A stretch of 64,000 bases of DNA from Octopus vulgaris. Taxonomy: Eukaryota. The translations under genes were made by a program, and so were the position numbers. The notes beneath the pieces are model-generated. The model saw only the letters and a list, made by a program, of their open reading frames with translations. It was not told the origin of the DNA and ran no database searches. Shown piece by piece: positions 31,090-43,057 of the stretch. The stretch is from positions 16,120,001 to 16,184,000 of the forward strand of contig OX597841.1 in NCBI GenBank assembly GCA_951406725.2, in the 5' to 3' direction. Within the stretch, counting starts at the first letter, position 1. Every line of letters begins with the position of its first letter.

Positions 31090-31375
31090 TCTCTCCGCAG
31101 TGAATTTTTCGGTGAACAGATTATTCCGAAAGGACTTTGGCCACCAAATTCACCTGATTTAACACCGCCAGACATTGTTTTTTCTGGGGAGCAAGTAAAG
31201 GATCAGTGTACAAGAATCACCTGAAAACCATTAATGAGCTATAAAAAGGTAATCATAAACCTTCACACGGTTCATCATACCGCGTCAGACTCTCCAAGTT
31301 GTATTTCAAGACATGTGTAGAAGAGTCAACTTATGCATTGAAAATGAAGGACGACACTTTCGGCATCTCTTATAA
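31090..31375 (+). pseudogene. Decayed Tc1/mariner transposase C-terminus
   Basis: Translates GLWPPNSPDLTPPD (WPPxSPDLxP motif), then after frameshifts F(L)WG...VYKN and RRVNLCIENEGRHFRHLL*, the typical Tc1/Tc3-like C-terminus. Confidence 0.75.
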
Positions 31376-31437
31376 AGTTTTTCAAAGTCTTGTAAAGTCT
31401 AATATATTCTTTTGTAGTCTTATACCATCTTAGAAAT

Positions 31438-32226
31438 AGGAGTGGCTGTGTGGTAAGTAGCTTGCTAACCAACCACATGGTTCCGGGTTCAGTCCCACTG
31501 CGTGGCATCTTGGGTAAGTGTCTTCTACTATAGCCTCGGGCCGACCAATGCTTTGTGAGTGGATTTGGTAGACGGAAACTGAAAGAAGCTTGTCGTATAT
31601 ATGTATACTAGCAGTATCGCCCGGCGTTGCTCAGGTTTGTAAGGGAAATAACTATAAAGCATTTTTAGAGAGTTATAGCCAAAAAATAGCAAAAAAATGG
31701 AAAAAAATTATGGTAAATTTTTTTTGAGAGTTAAAAAAGGTGGAGTTGCGTCCCCTAGACAGTCTGTGGTTTGTGTTTCTGATTCTCGACCCCATGTCGA
31801 ATTTATCGATTTTTTTTTCAGAGCTGGAGGAACTTTTCAAAATTTTCGCTGTGTTAGTTTTGAATTATGACATTGGGCTATGTGTGTGTCAAGTTTCATC
31901 AGAATCGGTTGAAAGCAGTCGTCAGGGTGAGGGTACAACCAAACAGACACACAGAAACACACACAGACAAACTGCCGTTTATATAGAGAGAGATATAGAT
32001 ATATGTGTGTGTGTGTTTGTGTGTCTGTGTTAGTTCCCCTAGCATTGCTTGACAACCGATGCTGGTGTGTTTATGTCCCTGTTACTTAGCGGTTTGGCAA
32101 AAGAGACCGATAGAATAAGTACTGGGCTTACAAAAGAATAAGTCCCGGGGTCCCGAGTTGCTCGATTAAAGGCGGTGCTCCAGCATGGCCGCAGTCAAAT
32201 GACTGAAACAAGTACAAGAGTAAAAG
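31438..32226 (+). mobile_element. SINE family A, interrupted by a Helitron
   Basis: Head at 31438-31606, tail at 31995-32226. Confidence 0.8.
31608..31993 (-). mobile_element. Non-autonomous Helitron, second 5' variant, nested in a SINE
   Basis: Same 3' hairpin/CTAG end, but the 5' end is TCTCTCTCTATATAAACGGCAG. It splits SINE 31438-32226 in its (TA)n tract. Confidence 0.8.
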
Positions 32227-32951
32227 AGAGAGAGTAAACTATAAACGCAGGAGTGGCTGTGTGGTAAGTAGCTTGTTTACCAACCTCATGGTTCCGAGTT
32301 CAGTCCCACTTCGTGGCACCTTGGACAAGTGTCTTCTACTATAGCCTCGGGCCGACCAAAGCCTTGTGAGTGGATTTGGTAGACGGAAACTGAAAGAAGC
32401 CCGTCGTATATATGTATGTGTGTATATATATATATTCTACGAAGGTTTTTGCCCAAATGTAATTATGTATGTGTGTGTGTGAGTATGGTGTGTGTGTATT
32501 GTGTGTGTGTGTGTGTGTGTGTTGTGTGTGAGTATGGTGTATGCTTGTATATATGTTTGTACGTGTATGCGTTGTGTGTGTGTGCGGGCGTGTGCATGTC
32601 TCTGTGTGTATATATGATGTGCGTGTGTATGGTGTGTGGTGTGTGGTGTGTGAGTATGATGTATGTATGTATATGTGTGCGTGTATGCGTTGTGTGTGTG
32701 TGTGCGTGCGTGTGTGTGCGTGCGTATGTCTGCGTGTTTGTGCGTGTCTGTGTGTATGGTGTGCGTTTGTGCGCGTGTCTGTGTGTTTGTGTGTATAGTG
32801 TGTGTGTGTGTGTATGTTGTGTCTGTGTGTCTGTGTGTGTATTAGTGTGCATGGTGTGTGTGTGTGGTGTGTATGTGTTTGTGTGTGTATGTGTGTGTGT
32901 ATGTGTGTGTATGTATGTGTATGTATATATATATGTTTGTGTGTGTATGTA

Positions 32952-33004
<53 letters not shown>

Positions 33005-33130
33005 TTGTATATATATTTATATATATGGGTGTGTGTGTATTGTGTATATATATACATATATGTGTGTCTGTGCGTGTGTCTGCCTGTTTTATGCGTGTGT
33101 CTGTGGTGTATGTGCATGTGCGCATGGTGT

Positions 33131-33167
<37 letters not shown>

Positions 33168-33437
33168 TGTGTGTGTGTCTGTCTGTTTAACCTACATAGT
33201 AGATATATAAACGGGGGCTAATTTAGCTTTCTTCCTAGATTGAAAAAAAAGATAATGAAGAGCCGAAATCGATTTGCGATTGTTATTGGATTCTGATCAG
33301 GGACGTCTACACCGGTTCGATTAATCCCAGAGACAGGAGCAGACAAACTGTTTATATACTCGACAATCCCAGTAGCTACACACAGACAGATATACACACC
33401 CACCCACGCAGACACACATACACCCATATACATGTAC

Positions 33438-33523
<86 letters not shown>

Positions 33524-33525
<2 letters not shown>

Positions 33526-33669
33526 CAACAATCAAGGAACGGCCATAATAGGCCATTCACCCACTAGAAATAACAGCCAAAGCTTCAACCGCAAATAAAA
33601 ATTAATTCCGTAAACCAGGAGAAAATTTGTGGGTGAATGGCCTATTATGGCCGTTCCTTGATTGTTGAT
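33524..33669. repeat. Perfect 41-bp inverted repeat, 64-bp spacer
   Basis: 33524-33564 is the reverse complement of 33629-33669. Confidence 0.9.
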
Positions 33670-33805
33670 GTTGAACTTAAAAATGGTCTATGACTATTTA
33701 ATTTTTTTCCCACTAGGCCGCTGGTGGCAAAAGAATTCTACAAAATTTTTTTTTGCCACCCTATATTGATTAATTATATATATATATATATATATATACA
33801 TACAT

Positions 33806-33855
<50 letters not shown>

Positions 33856-33858
<3 letters not shown>

Positions 33859-33952
33859 CCCGAGGCTATAGTAGAAGACACTTGCCCAAGGTGCCACGCA
33901 GTGGGACTGAACCCAGAACCATGTGGTTCGTAAGCAAGTTACTCCTGCGCCT

Positions 33953-33991
<39 letters not shown>

Positions 33992-34146
33992 CGCAGGAAG
34001 GCGCAGGAGTAGCTTGCTTACGAACCACACGGTTCTGGGTTCAGTCCCACCGAGTGGCACCTTGGGCAAGTGTCTTCTGCTATAGCCTCGGGCCGACCGA
34101 AGCCTTGTGAGTAGATTTGGTAGCTGGAAACTGAAAGAAGCCCGTC

Positions 34147-34185
<39 letters not shown>

Positions 34186-34348
34186 GGGGTGTGTGTGTGG
34201 GGTGTGTGTGTGTGGGGGGGTGTATGTGTGTGTATGTATTTGTCTGTCTGTATTTGTCTCCCCCACCATCGTTTGACAACCGATGCTGGTGTGTTTACGT
34301 CCACGTAACGCACCGGTTCGGCAAATGAGACCGATAGAATAAGTACTA
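33856..34348. mobile_element. Two head-to-head SINE family A copies around (TA)n
   Basis: Minus-strand head at 33856-33951; plus-strand copy at 33989-34348. Confidence 0.75.
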
Positions 34349-34455
34349 TGTGAGAGAGGGAGAGAGAGAAAGACAGAGATTGAGAGAGATAGGGAGGGAG
34401 GGTGTGTGCGCGTGCATGCGTGTGTGCGCGTGCATGCGTGTGTGCGCGTGCATGC

Positions 34456-34487
<32 letters not shown>

Positions 34488-34713
34488 CTGTGTGCCAAAA
34501 AAAAAACACTCTGAGACGAGAATCAAAGAGCGGCGGGAGGATTAAGAGATGAAAAAATGCATAGCGGAAATTACGGATTTGAAACCAAAATATCTGCCAT
34601 AGAAACCATTGACAGGCAATTAAAATGGCTGAATCGTTGATCTATGGGCGAATTGGGTGTATGGGAGTGCGTGCTACAAGTAGCCATATACATACACACA
34701 CACGAAGACAGAT

Positions 34714-34773
<60 letters not shown>

Positions 34774-34774
34774 G

Positions 34775-34891
<117 letters not shown>

Positions 34892-34894
34892 GTA

Positions 34895-34969
<75 letters not shown>

Positions 34970-35217
34970 GTATGTATGTATTCTCTTTTACTCTCTTTTA
35001 CTTATTTCAGTCATTTGACTGCGGCCATGCTGGAGCACCGCCTTTAGTCGAGCAAATCGACCGAGCCCCCAGGACTTTTTCTTTGTAAGCCTAGAACTTA
35101 TTCTATCGGTCTCCTTTGCCGAACCGCTAAGTTACGGGGACGCAAACACGCCGCCATCGGTTATCAAGCGATGTTGGGGGGGGGGATAAACACAGACACA
35201 CAAACTTATACACAGAC

Positions 35218-35290
<73 letters not shown>

Positions 35291-35295
<5 letters not shown>

Positions 35296-35832
35296 GTTGT
35301 ATACTGTCAATCTTACAAGAACGTGACAGTAGGGGGTACACCACCGCTGTATAGCCCTAGGAAGCATCGAACGCCTCCTGATGGCTTTGACACATTTCCC
35401 CTGTGTCCTTATATACATTTACGAAGGGGAGACAAACACCCCCGGCTGCCGAAACTGCATCTAGGGACACCGTGTTTCAGGATCGTTGTCCTTCATCGGC
35501 CTAGAGTAGCAGACACCGGTCAGCTGGTGATATTTGTCTCGACTTCGTATCTGTATATATCTATATTCAGTGAAGTTTATTCACTGGTTATCAAAATAAG
35601 AAATATCGAATTTCTAAATCTCTCGTAGAGACATGTACGGTGGTGGGACGATAGAATGGTTGTATACTGTCAATCTAACAAGAACGTGACAGTAGGGAGT
35701 ACACCACCGCTGTATAGCCCTAGGAAGCATCGAACGCCTCCTGATGGCTTTGACACATTTTTCCCTGTGTCCTTATATACATTTACGAAGGGGAGACAAA
35801 CACCCCCGGCTGCCGTGTTTCAGGATCGCTGT
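35291..35832 (-). mobile_element. Second retrozyme-like element: ~1.5 tandem copies of a 363-bp unit
   Basis: GAATGGTTGTATACTGTC occurs at 35291 and 35654. The second copy has a ~21-bp deletion and ends inside the HHR. Flanked by (AG)n and (TG)n. Confidence 0.7.
35460..35505 (-). ncRNA. Type I hammerhead ribozyme (CCGAUGA core)
   Basis: Minus strand reads UCUAGG-CCGAUGA-AGGA CAACGA UCCU-GAAA-CACGGUG-UC-CCUAGA. Perfect 6-bp stem I and 4-bp stem II; GUC site. Confidence 0.85.
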
Positions 35833-35896
35833 GTGCGTGTGTGTGTGAGTGCTACGACCAAATGGAGGGGGACCTCGAAATGGAAGGTAGCCTGAT

Positions 35897-36435
35897 TGGA
35901 AATAGCAGCCAAATCTCCCTGAAATCACATCCTACTGTCTTATGTATGTATATATGTATGTATGAGCCAATGAGGGAGGCCTCTACATGGTAGCTAGACC
36001 TGGTAGAAATAGCAGCCAAATCTCTCTCAAATCACACCCTACTGTCTTATGTATATATGTTTGTATGAGCCAATGAGGGAGACCTCTACATGGTAGCTAG
36101 ACCTGGTAGAAATAGCAGCCAAATCTCCCTGAAATCACATCCTACTGTCTTATCTATGTATATATGTATGTATGAGCCAATGAGGGAGGCCTCCACATGG
36201 TAGCTAGACCTGGTAGAAATAGCAGCCAAATTACATCCTTCTGTTTTATGTATGTATGTATGTATGTATATATGAAGCATTCAGGGGGTAGAAATAGCAG
36301 CGATTTATCCCTTAAATCTCATCCCACTGTCTTAGCTATGTATATGCGTATATATGAGCCAATAAGGGATACCTCTATATGAAAGAGCAAGAAAGAGCAG
36401 CCAAATCTCCCTCAAATCACATCCTACTGTCTTTT
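35897..36435. repeat. ~105-bp tandem repeat, ~5 units
   Basis: GAAATAGCAG at 35899, 36006, 36109, 36216 and 36291. Confidence 0.85.
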
Positions 36436-36532
36436 GTACAGTGGCGGACTAGCCAGGTTGCCAGCTAGCCCGATGGCAAGTGGACCCTGCGCCCTTAGAG
36501 TCCATATATGGGGGCCCATCCCGTCAAGTTTG

Positions 36533-36983
36533 AGCAAATATTCTTCTCAATACCAGATTTACTTGTCAATTGTTTGACCTTAACCAGTTGAGCATGTCCC
36601 TTGGTGGCTGACGATATGTGCATCTCTGATCACGAGCAGAAGTAGTGGGGGAGCATCATAGCCATATGTTGAGAGGGATTCTTTGGGGTTTGAATAATTC
36701 ACCTCTGGAAACATGAGTGTTTCGCTCAACATCCTTAAACAACCCTTATTCGGGGACCTTTTGAGCAGGATGGGTTACTCGACCAGAAGAAAATTCTAAC
36801 TGGGCCCCCACCTGCAAGGTCATGTGCTGTTTATCTTGATATGAGATCACCATGTCGTGCACATATGGTTGTGATGCATGTGCCTTTTGTACCCTTATCA
36901 GACGGGTAGTCATGATGGGTATACTGAGCTTTGTATATTTTACCCCAGTGTCACTTTGAAGGAATGCACTGCTCTCTCACTCA
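36533..36983 (+). mobile_element. 5'-truncated copy of the (AAT)n-embedded element
   Basis: Matches the 3' ~450 bp of 53318-53874 and ends CTCTCACTC(AAT)n. Confidence 0.8.
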
Positions 36984-37064
36984 ATAATAATAATAATAAT
37001 CATGATAATAATAATAATCATGATGATGATAATAATAATAATAATAATAATAATCATGATGATG

Positions 37065-37149
<85 letters not shown>

Positions 37150-37480
37150 TAATAATAACAATAATAATAACCTTCCACCATCTGTAATCTACCATAACCA
37201 ACAACACAACCACCATCTCTGCTTCTACCGCCAAAATACTTCACTCAACACTCGACAACCATTAACGCCCTCCCCGCCACCACCACCACCACTGCCGCCA
37301 CCGCTACTGCCACCGGAAGTAATAACTTTACCCGAGAAGACAACAGCTGTTGGTGCTCCCCCCACCCCAACTACCAGCAATACCACCACAATCACCACCA
37401 CCATCGCTACCATCACCACCACTGCTATCATCAGCACGATCAGCAGCAGCAGTAGCACCACCACCACCACCGCAACACAC

Positions 37481-37524
<44 letters not shown>

Positions 37525-37678
37525 TCCAAATACTTGATGTATGCTGAGAGATTGTCTTCGCCCGTTTGCCTTTGGACGGTTGACATTTGTAGTTATTATC
37601 AGTGTATTTTGGCGTATTATTCTATATTTATTTGTTAATTTATAAGTTAAGATACGTACATTTATTATATTATTTATA

Positions 37679-37752
<74 letters not shown>

Positions 37753-37770
37753 AATATTATCATCATCATC

Positions 37771-37892
37771 ATAGACCTGATGAGTGACTATATTTTAAAT
37801 TGAATTAATTTTAGATCGATTTAATTTTAATCGAATTGATTTTTATTATTATTATCTATTTGAAATATAGCCACGAAACGCGCGTAGTCTAT
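37771..37892 (+). ncRNA. Type I hammerhead ribozyme with canonical core and long stem II
   Basis: AUAGAC-CUGAUGA-GUGACUAUAUUUUAAAU...AUUUGAAAUAUAGCCAC-GAAA-CGCGCG-UA-GUCUAU. 6-bp stem I, ~17-bp stem II, palindromic stem III. Confidence 0.85.
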
Positions 37893-39151
37893 TTACTATT
37901 GATGTACTCTATTGATTTTTAGAATAATGTTTTCTATAGTATATTTAACTTTTTTCTATATGGTGTGAATAACGTCTTTCACTATTGAATTGCTTAATAG
38001 AGGTTTTTCTATTTCTTTACTACCCACAAGGGGCTAAACACAGAGAGGACAAACAAAGGCAGACAAACGGATTAAGTCGATTATATCGACCTCAGTGCGT
38101 AACTGGTACTTATTTAATCGACACCGAAAGGATGAAAGGCAAAGTACATAGACATTACCACTGAACACTACAACCGGCACTGCACGCAAACAACACCAGC
38201 ACCACCACTACTCAAATCGACCACCACTGCATACCAGCGCCCATACTAGAAACAACCACTTCTGTACTTGTACATAAACACTACTTCTCTACACAACACC
38301 CGCTACTGTCAAAAAAAAACCTACCACTTCTTCAACTACCTCCGCTACACACAGCCACGACTCCACACAAACAACACCACTGCATACTGCCACCACTACT
38401 ACAAAAAAAAAGCCTTCACTGTCTTGAATGCACTGCCATTACCGCGTAACCACCGCTAAGCACAAACCACGACCATCCCTTCCATACCGCCCCTCCAAGC
38501 CACTACTACCAACATCACCACCACTGCCACCACCACCACCACCACCACCACCAAGGCCACCACTGCTGTCACCACCACCACCACCACTACCACCCCCACC
38601 ACCACTGCCACCACCACCACCACCACCACCACCACCACCACCACCACTGCTGTCACCACCACCACCATCACTAACACCACCGCCACAATCACTGCAACCA
38701 TCACACTGCCGCCACCATCACTAACACCACCGCCACAATCACTGCAACCATCACTACCAGCACCGCCACACCACTACAGCCACTACAATCACCACCACCA
38801 CTGCACCACCGCTACAAGCATCACTACGACCACTACCACCACCACCACTACCTCCATTGCTACCACAACCACCATTACAACAACCACAACCACCACCACC
38901 ACAACCATCACCGCCACGACCATCACCGCCACGCCAAGCATCACTACCACCACAACCACCACCACAACCAGTGTGCAGCCGCCGCCGCCGCCGCCGCCGC
39001 TCCATACGGCCACCCATTGATAACATAAAGCCTAGCTGTCTCAGCTAATACCGCACACTCCAATGTAGGTCAAATCCAGTATATATACACTCACTGGATC
39101 AATATGTCTGCTCTTCTGTGACCCTTACACGCAAACACACGCAAACATATA

Positions 39152-39182
<31 letters not shown>

Positions 39183-39285
39183 GTACGCACATATACTCAC
39201 GCACAACTACACACGTATATACAATCATATGTATAAGTATGTATTTGTGTATGTATGTATGTATGTATAAGTATGTATGTGTGTG

Positions 39286-39349
<64 letters not shown>

Positions 39350-39621
39350 CATATATATATATATATATATACAAACATACGTGCGTGCAACGTGCACACA
39401 CACACGTATATATATAGTTGTATAAACACGTGCGTGCGTACATGTATTGTGAGTGTGTATATATGTATATATGTATATATACATATATATACATACACAC
39501 ATATATAAAGCATGCATGCATAAATGTATATATATGTATGTAAATGTAAATATATGTATATATATATATATATTTGTGTGTGTGTGTGTGTGTGTGTATG
39601 TACGCACCCACGTGTTTATAC

Positions 39622-39692
<71 letters not shown>

Positions 39693-40051
39693 GTAGTTCA
39701 TATGTGTGTGCGTGTGTTGTATAGTCATGTACGGGCGTACGTACATACCATGCATACATATATATGCCTTCAACCACCGTCGTATTATTTTTCAAAGATA
39801 CACGCACATAAGCATACTCGCTTTTGTTTACACACCGCCCAAACACACATATATATATATACGAGCGTGGGTATACTCTTATTCTTGTTTTCAGTCATTT
39901 GACTCTGGCCATGCTGGAGCACCGCCTTTAGTCTTTGTAAGTCTAGTACTTATTCTATCGGTGTCTTTTGCCGAACCGCTAGTTTACGGGGACGTAAACA
40001 CACCAGCATCAGCTGTCAAGCGATGTTGGGGGGACATACACAGACACACAA

Positions 40052-40119
<68 letters not shown>

Positions 40120-40286
40120 CATAAGGGACTAAAGCCATCTGAATATGGCTAGGGACAGGGCAGGGTGGTGGGGGTGTTACTGTTGCATTTAGCCCCAGGC
40201 GAACATCGACGTCACCAGAAAGGCTAGACACCGTCACGGTGTCCTTATCCTGCAAAGGGAGGTAATTCCCCGATGAAGCGGAAACA

Positions 40287-40332
40287 CACACGGACCATGG
40301 TTTCAAGGTGTATTGCCTATCGTCGGCGTGTG
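40287..40332 (-). ncRNA. Type I hammerhead ribozyme, unit 1 (CCGACGA core)
   Basis: Minus strand reads CACACG-CCGACGA-U AGG CAAUACA CCU U-GAAA-CCAUGG-UC-CGUGUG. 6-bp stem I, palindromic stem III, GUC site between 40293 and 40292. Confidence 0.85.
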
Positions 40333-40646
40333 GTAGGCCTCCGCTTCCTCGACGAATTCTCACTCTGCAGGATTTTCACATATAGATTTTCAAGCAAAAT
40401 ACATTTGCTGATTTCGAAAATCTGTTCGAAAGCAATAATAATTCTCTAAAAGAGATATAGACAGTAACTGCTCGATAACATAAGGGACTAAAGCCATCTG
40501 AATATGGCTAGGGACAGGGCAGGGTGGTGGGGGTGTTACTGTTGCATTTAGCCCCAGGCGAACATCGACGTCACCAGAAAGGCTAGACACCGTCACGGTG
40601 TCCTTATCCTGCAAAGGGAGGTAATTCCCCGATGAAGCGGAAACCA

Positions 40647-40692
40647 CACACGGACCATGGTTTCAAGGTGTATTGCCTATCGTCGGCGTGTG
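40647..40692 (-). ncRNA. Type I hammerhead ribozyme, unit 2
   Basis: Same motif as 40287-40332, 360 bp further along. Confidence 0.85.
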
Positions 40693-41006
40693 GTAGGCCT
40701 CCGCTTCCTCGACGAACTCTCACTCTGCAGGATTTTCACATATAGATTTTCAAGCAAAATACATTTGCTGATTTCGAAAATCTGTTCGAAAGCAATAATA
40801 ATTCTCTAAAAGAGATATAGACAGTAACTGCTCGATAACATAAGGGACTAAAACCATCTGAATATGGCTAGGGACAGGGCAGGGTGGTGGGGGTGTTACT
40901 GTTGCATTTAGCCCCAGGCGAACATCGACGTCACCAGAAAGGCTAGACACCGTCACGGTGTCCTTATCCTGCAAAGGGAGGTAATTCCCCGATGAAGCGG
41001 AAACCA

Positions 41007-41052
41007 CACACGGACCATGGTTTCAAGGTGTATTGCCTATCGTCGGCGTGTG
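41007..41052 (-). ncRNA. Type I hammerhead ribozyme, unit 3
   Basis: Same motif as 40647-40692, 360 bp further along. Confidence 0.85.
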
Positions 41053-41406
41053 GTAGGCCTCCGCTTCCTCGACGAACTCTCACTCTGCAGGATTTTCACA
41101 TATAGATTTTCAAGCAAAATACATTTGCTGATTTCGAAAATCTGTTCGAAAGCAATAATAATTCTCTAAAAGAGATATAGACAGTAACTGCTCGATAACA
41201 TAAGGGACTATATATATATATATATAAATATATGACGGACTTCTTTCAGTTTCCGTCTACCAAATCCACTCACAAGGCTTTGGTTGGCCTGAGGCTATTG
41301 AAGAAGATACTTGCCCAAGGTGCCACGCAGTGGGACTGAACCCGGAGCCATGTGGTTCATAAGCAAGCTACTTACAACACAGCCACTCCTACGCCTATAT
41401 ATATAT

Positions 41407-41630
41407 AAGGCGGTGAGTTGGCAGAACCGTTAGCGCGCCGGGCGACATGCTTAGCGGTATTTCGTCTGTCGTTACGTTCTGAGTTCAAATTCCGCCGAGG
41501 TCGACTTTGCCTTTCATCCTTTCGGGGTCGATAAATAATGTTCCAGTTTCGCACTGGGGTCGATGTAATAGACTTAATCCGTTGTCTGTCCTTGTTTGTC
41601 CTCTCTGTGTTTAGCCCCTTGTGGGCGAAA
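41407..41630 (+). mobile_element. SINE family B monomer
   Basis: AAGGCGGTGAGTTGGCAGAACCGTTAGC head plus one unit. Confidence 0.8.
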
Positions 41631-41651
41631 AAATATATATATATATATATA

Positions 41652-41691
<40 letters not shown>

Positions 41692-42187
41692 TAGAAACAA
41701 GGCATCCCAAATAGTGATCTAGCGAGATTCAAGTGATTTCTTTTTGTACCGTAAACCATTTAGTTTCTGTGGTGCCCCACTTCTGTTCCGTGTTTGTATT
41801 ACTTCATGTTTAAATCGACAGGATGGCCATAGGTAGAGCGTCGTTTCTCAGCAGTTTAGTTTCTTAAGGGTGGCTTGTGGCTAAAAAAAACAACAATAAC
41901 AATAACAACAGTAATCTTTGAATCGACGAAAAGAAAATAAAGGAGTAAAAACGGATCCCTTGTCCGAAGGAAGTATATGACCCCTATTTTCTGAAATGTA
42001 AAGAAGGATCAGCAAGGGGTCAGTTAGGGGTTCGCTGTGAAATGTTTTCGGCTATACAAGGTATTGAATGGAGAATCCTTGAACTTTATAACACCTTCAG
42101 TAGACGGGTGGAGGTGGGGTGGCTTTTCTCGCACATTCTCTTCCCACCTCTCTCATTTTTCATGCTTTTCACTTTCTCTCATAACAG

Positions 42188-42229
<42 letters not shown>

Positions 42230-42290
42230 TAATGTCTCTGTGTGTGTGTGGCTATATATATATATATATATATATATTTGTATGTATTTG

Positions 42291-42324
<34 letters not shown>

Positions 42325-42356
42325 TAGATAGACAGATAGATATATATATGTGTATG

Positions 42357-42407
<51 letters not shown>

Positions 42408-42507
42408 GTATATGTGTATATATATACATATATATAAATATATATATATATTTGCGCATACATATATACACATCTGTTGCATATATATGCATATATATGC
42501 ATATATA

Positions 42508-42555
<48 letters not shown>

Positions 42556-42576
42556 CATATATACATACATATCTCT

Positions 42577-42980
42577 TTCTCTCTTTTACTTGTTTCAGTC
42601 ATTTGACTGCGGCCATGCTGGAGTACCGCCTTCAATCGAGCAACTCGACCCGAGGACTTATTCTTTGTAAGCCCAGTACTTATTCTATCGGTCTCTTTTT
42701 GCCGAACCGCTAAGTAACGGAGACATAAACACACCAGCATCGGTTGTCAAGCAATGCTAGGGGGACAAACACAGACACACAAACACACACACGCATATAT
42801 ATGTATATACATATATACGACGGGCTTCTTTCAGTTTTCTTCTACCAAATCCACTCACAAGGCTTTGGTCGGCTCGAGGCTATAGCAGAAGACACTTGCC
42901 AAAGGTGCCACGCAGTGGGACTGAACCCGGAACCATGTGGTTGGTAAACAAGCTACTTACCACACAGCCACTCCTGCGCC
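42577..42980 (-). mobile_element. SINE family A
   Basis: Full-length match. Confidence 0.85.
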
Positions 42981-42997
42981 TATATATATATATGTAT

Positions 42998-43057
<60 letters not shown>

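Larger units (their letters stand above)
40116..41210 (-). mobile_element. Retrozyme-like tandem array: 3 x 359/360-bp units plus 16-bp terminal redundancy, one type I hammerhead per unit
   Basis: ATAACATAAGGGACTA recurs at 40116, 40475, 40835 and 41195. Units differ at only ~3 positions. No credible ORF. (TA)n on both flanks. HHR on the minus strand of each unit. Confidence 0.85.
39876..41395 (-). mobile_element. SINE family A, interrupted by the retrozyme-like array
   Basis: Tail half at 39876-40090 and head half at 41230-41395 flank the array. Confidence 0.8.

Noticed and set aside
36439-36525. hAT-like terminus CAGTGGCGGA
   Set aside because: No second terminus or target-site duplication is visible.
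40147-40230. HDV-like or twister ribozyme in the conserved block
   Set aside because: P3/L3 and catalytic junction spacing do not fit either consensus by manual inspection.
40270-40285. Plus-strand CCGATGAAGCGGAAA as a second-polarity hammerhead
   Set aside because: There is no room for stem II; the bases are better explained as part of the rod stem.
40016-41007. Repeated 85-115 aa ORFs in the 360-bp array
   Set aside because: Alternative start codons, no recognisable domain, and a 1-nt indel between units. The conserved signal is RNA structure.
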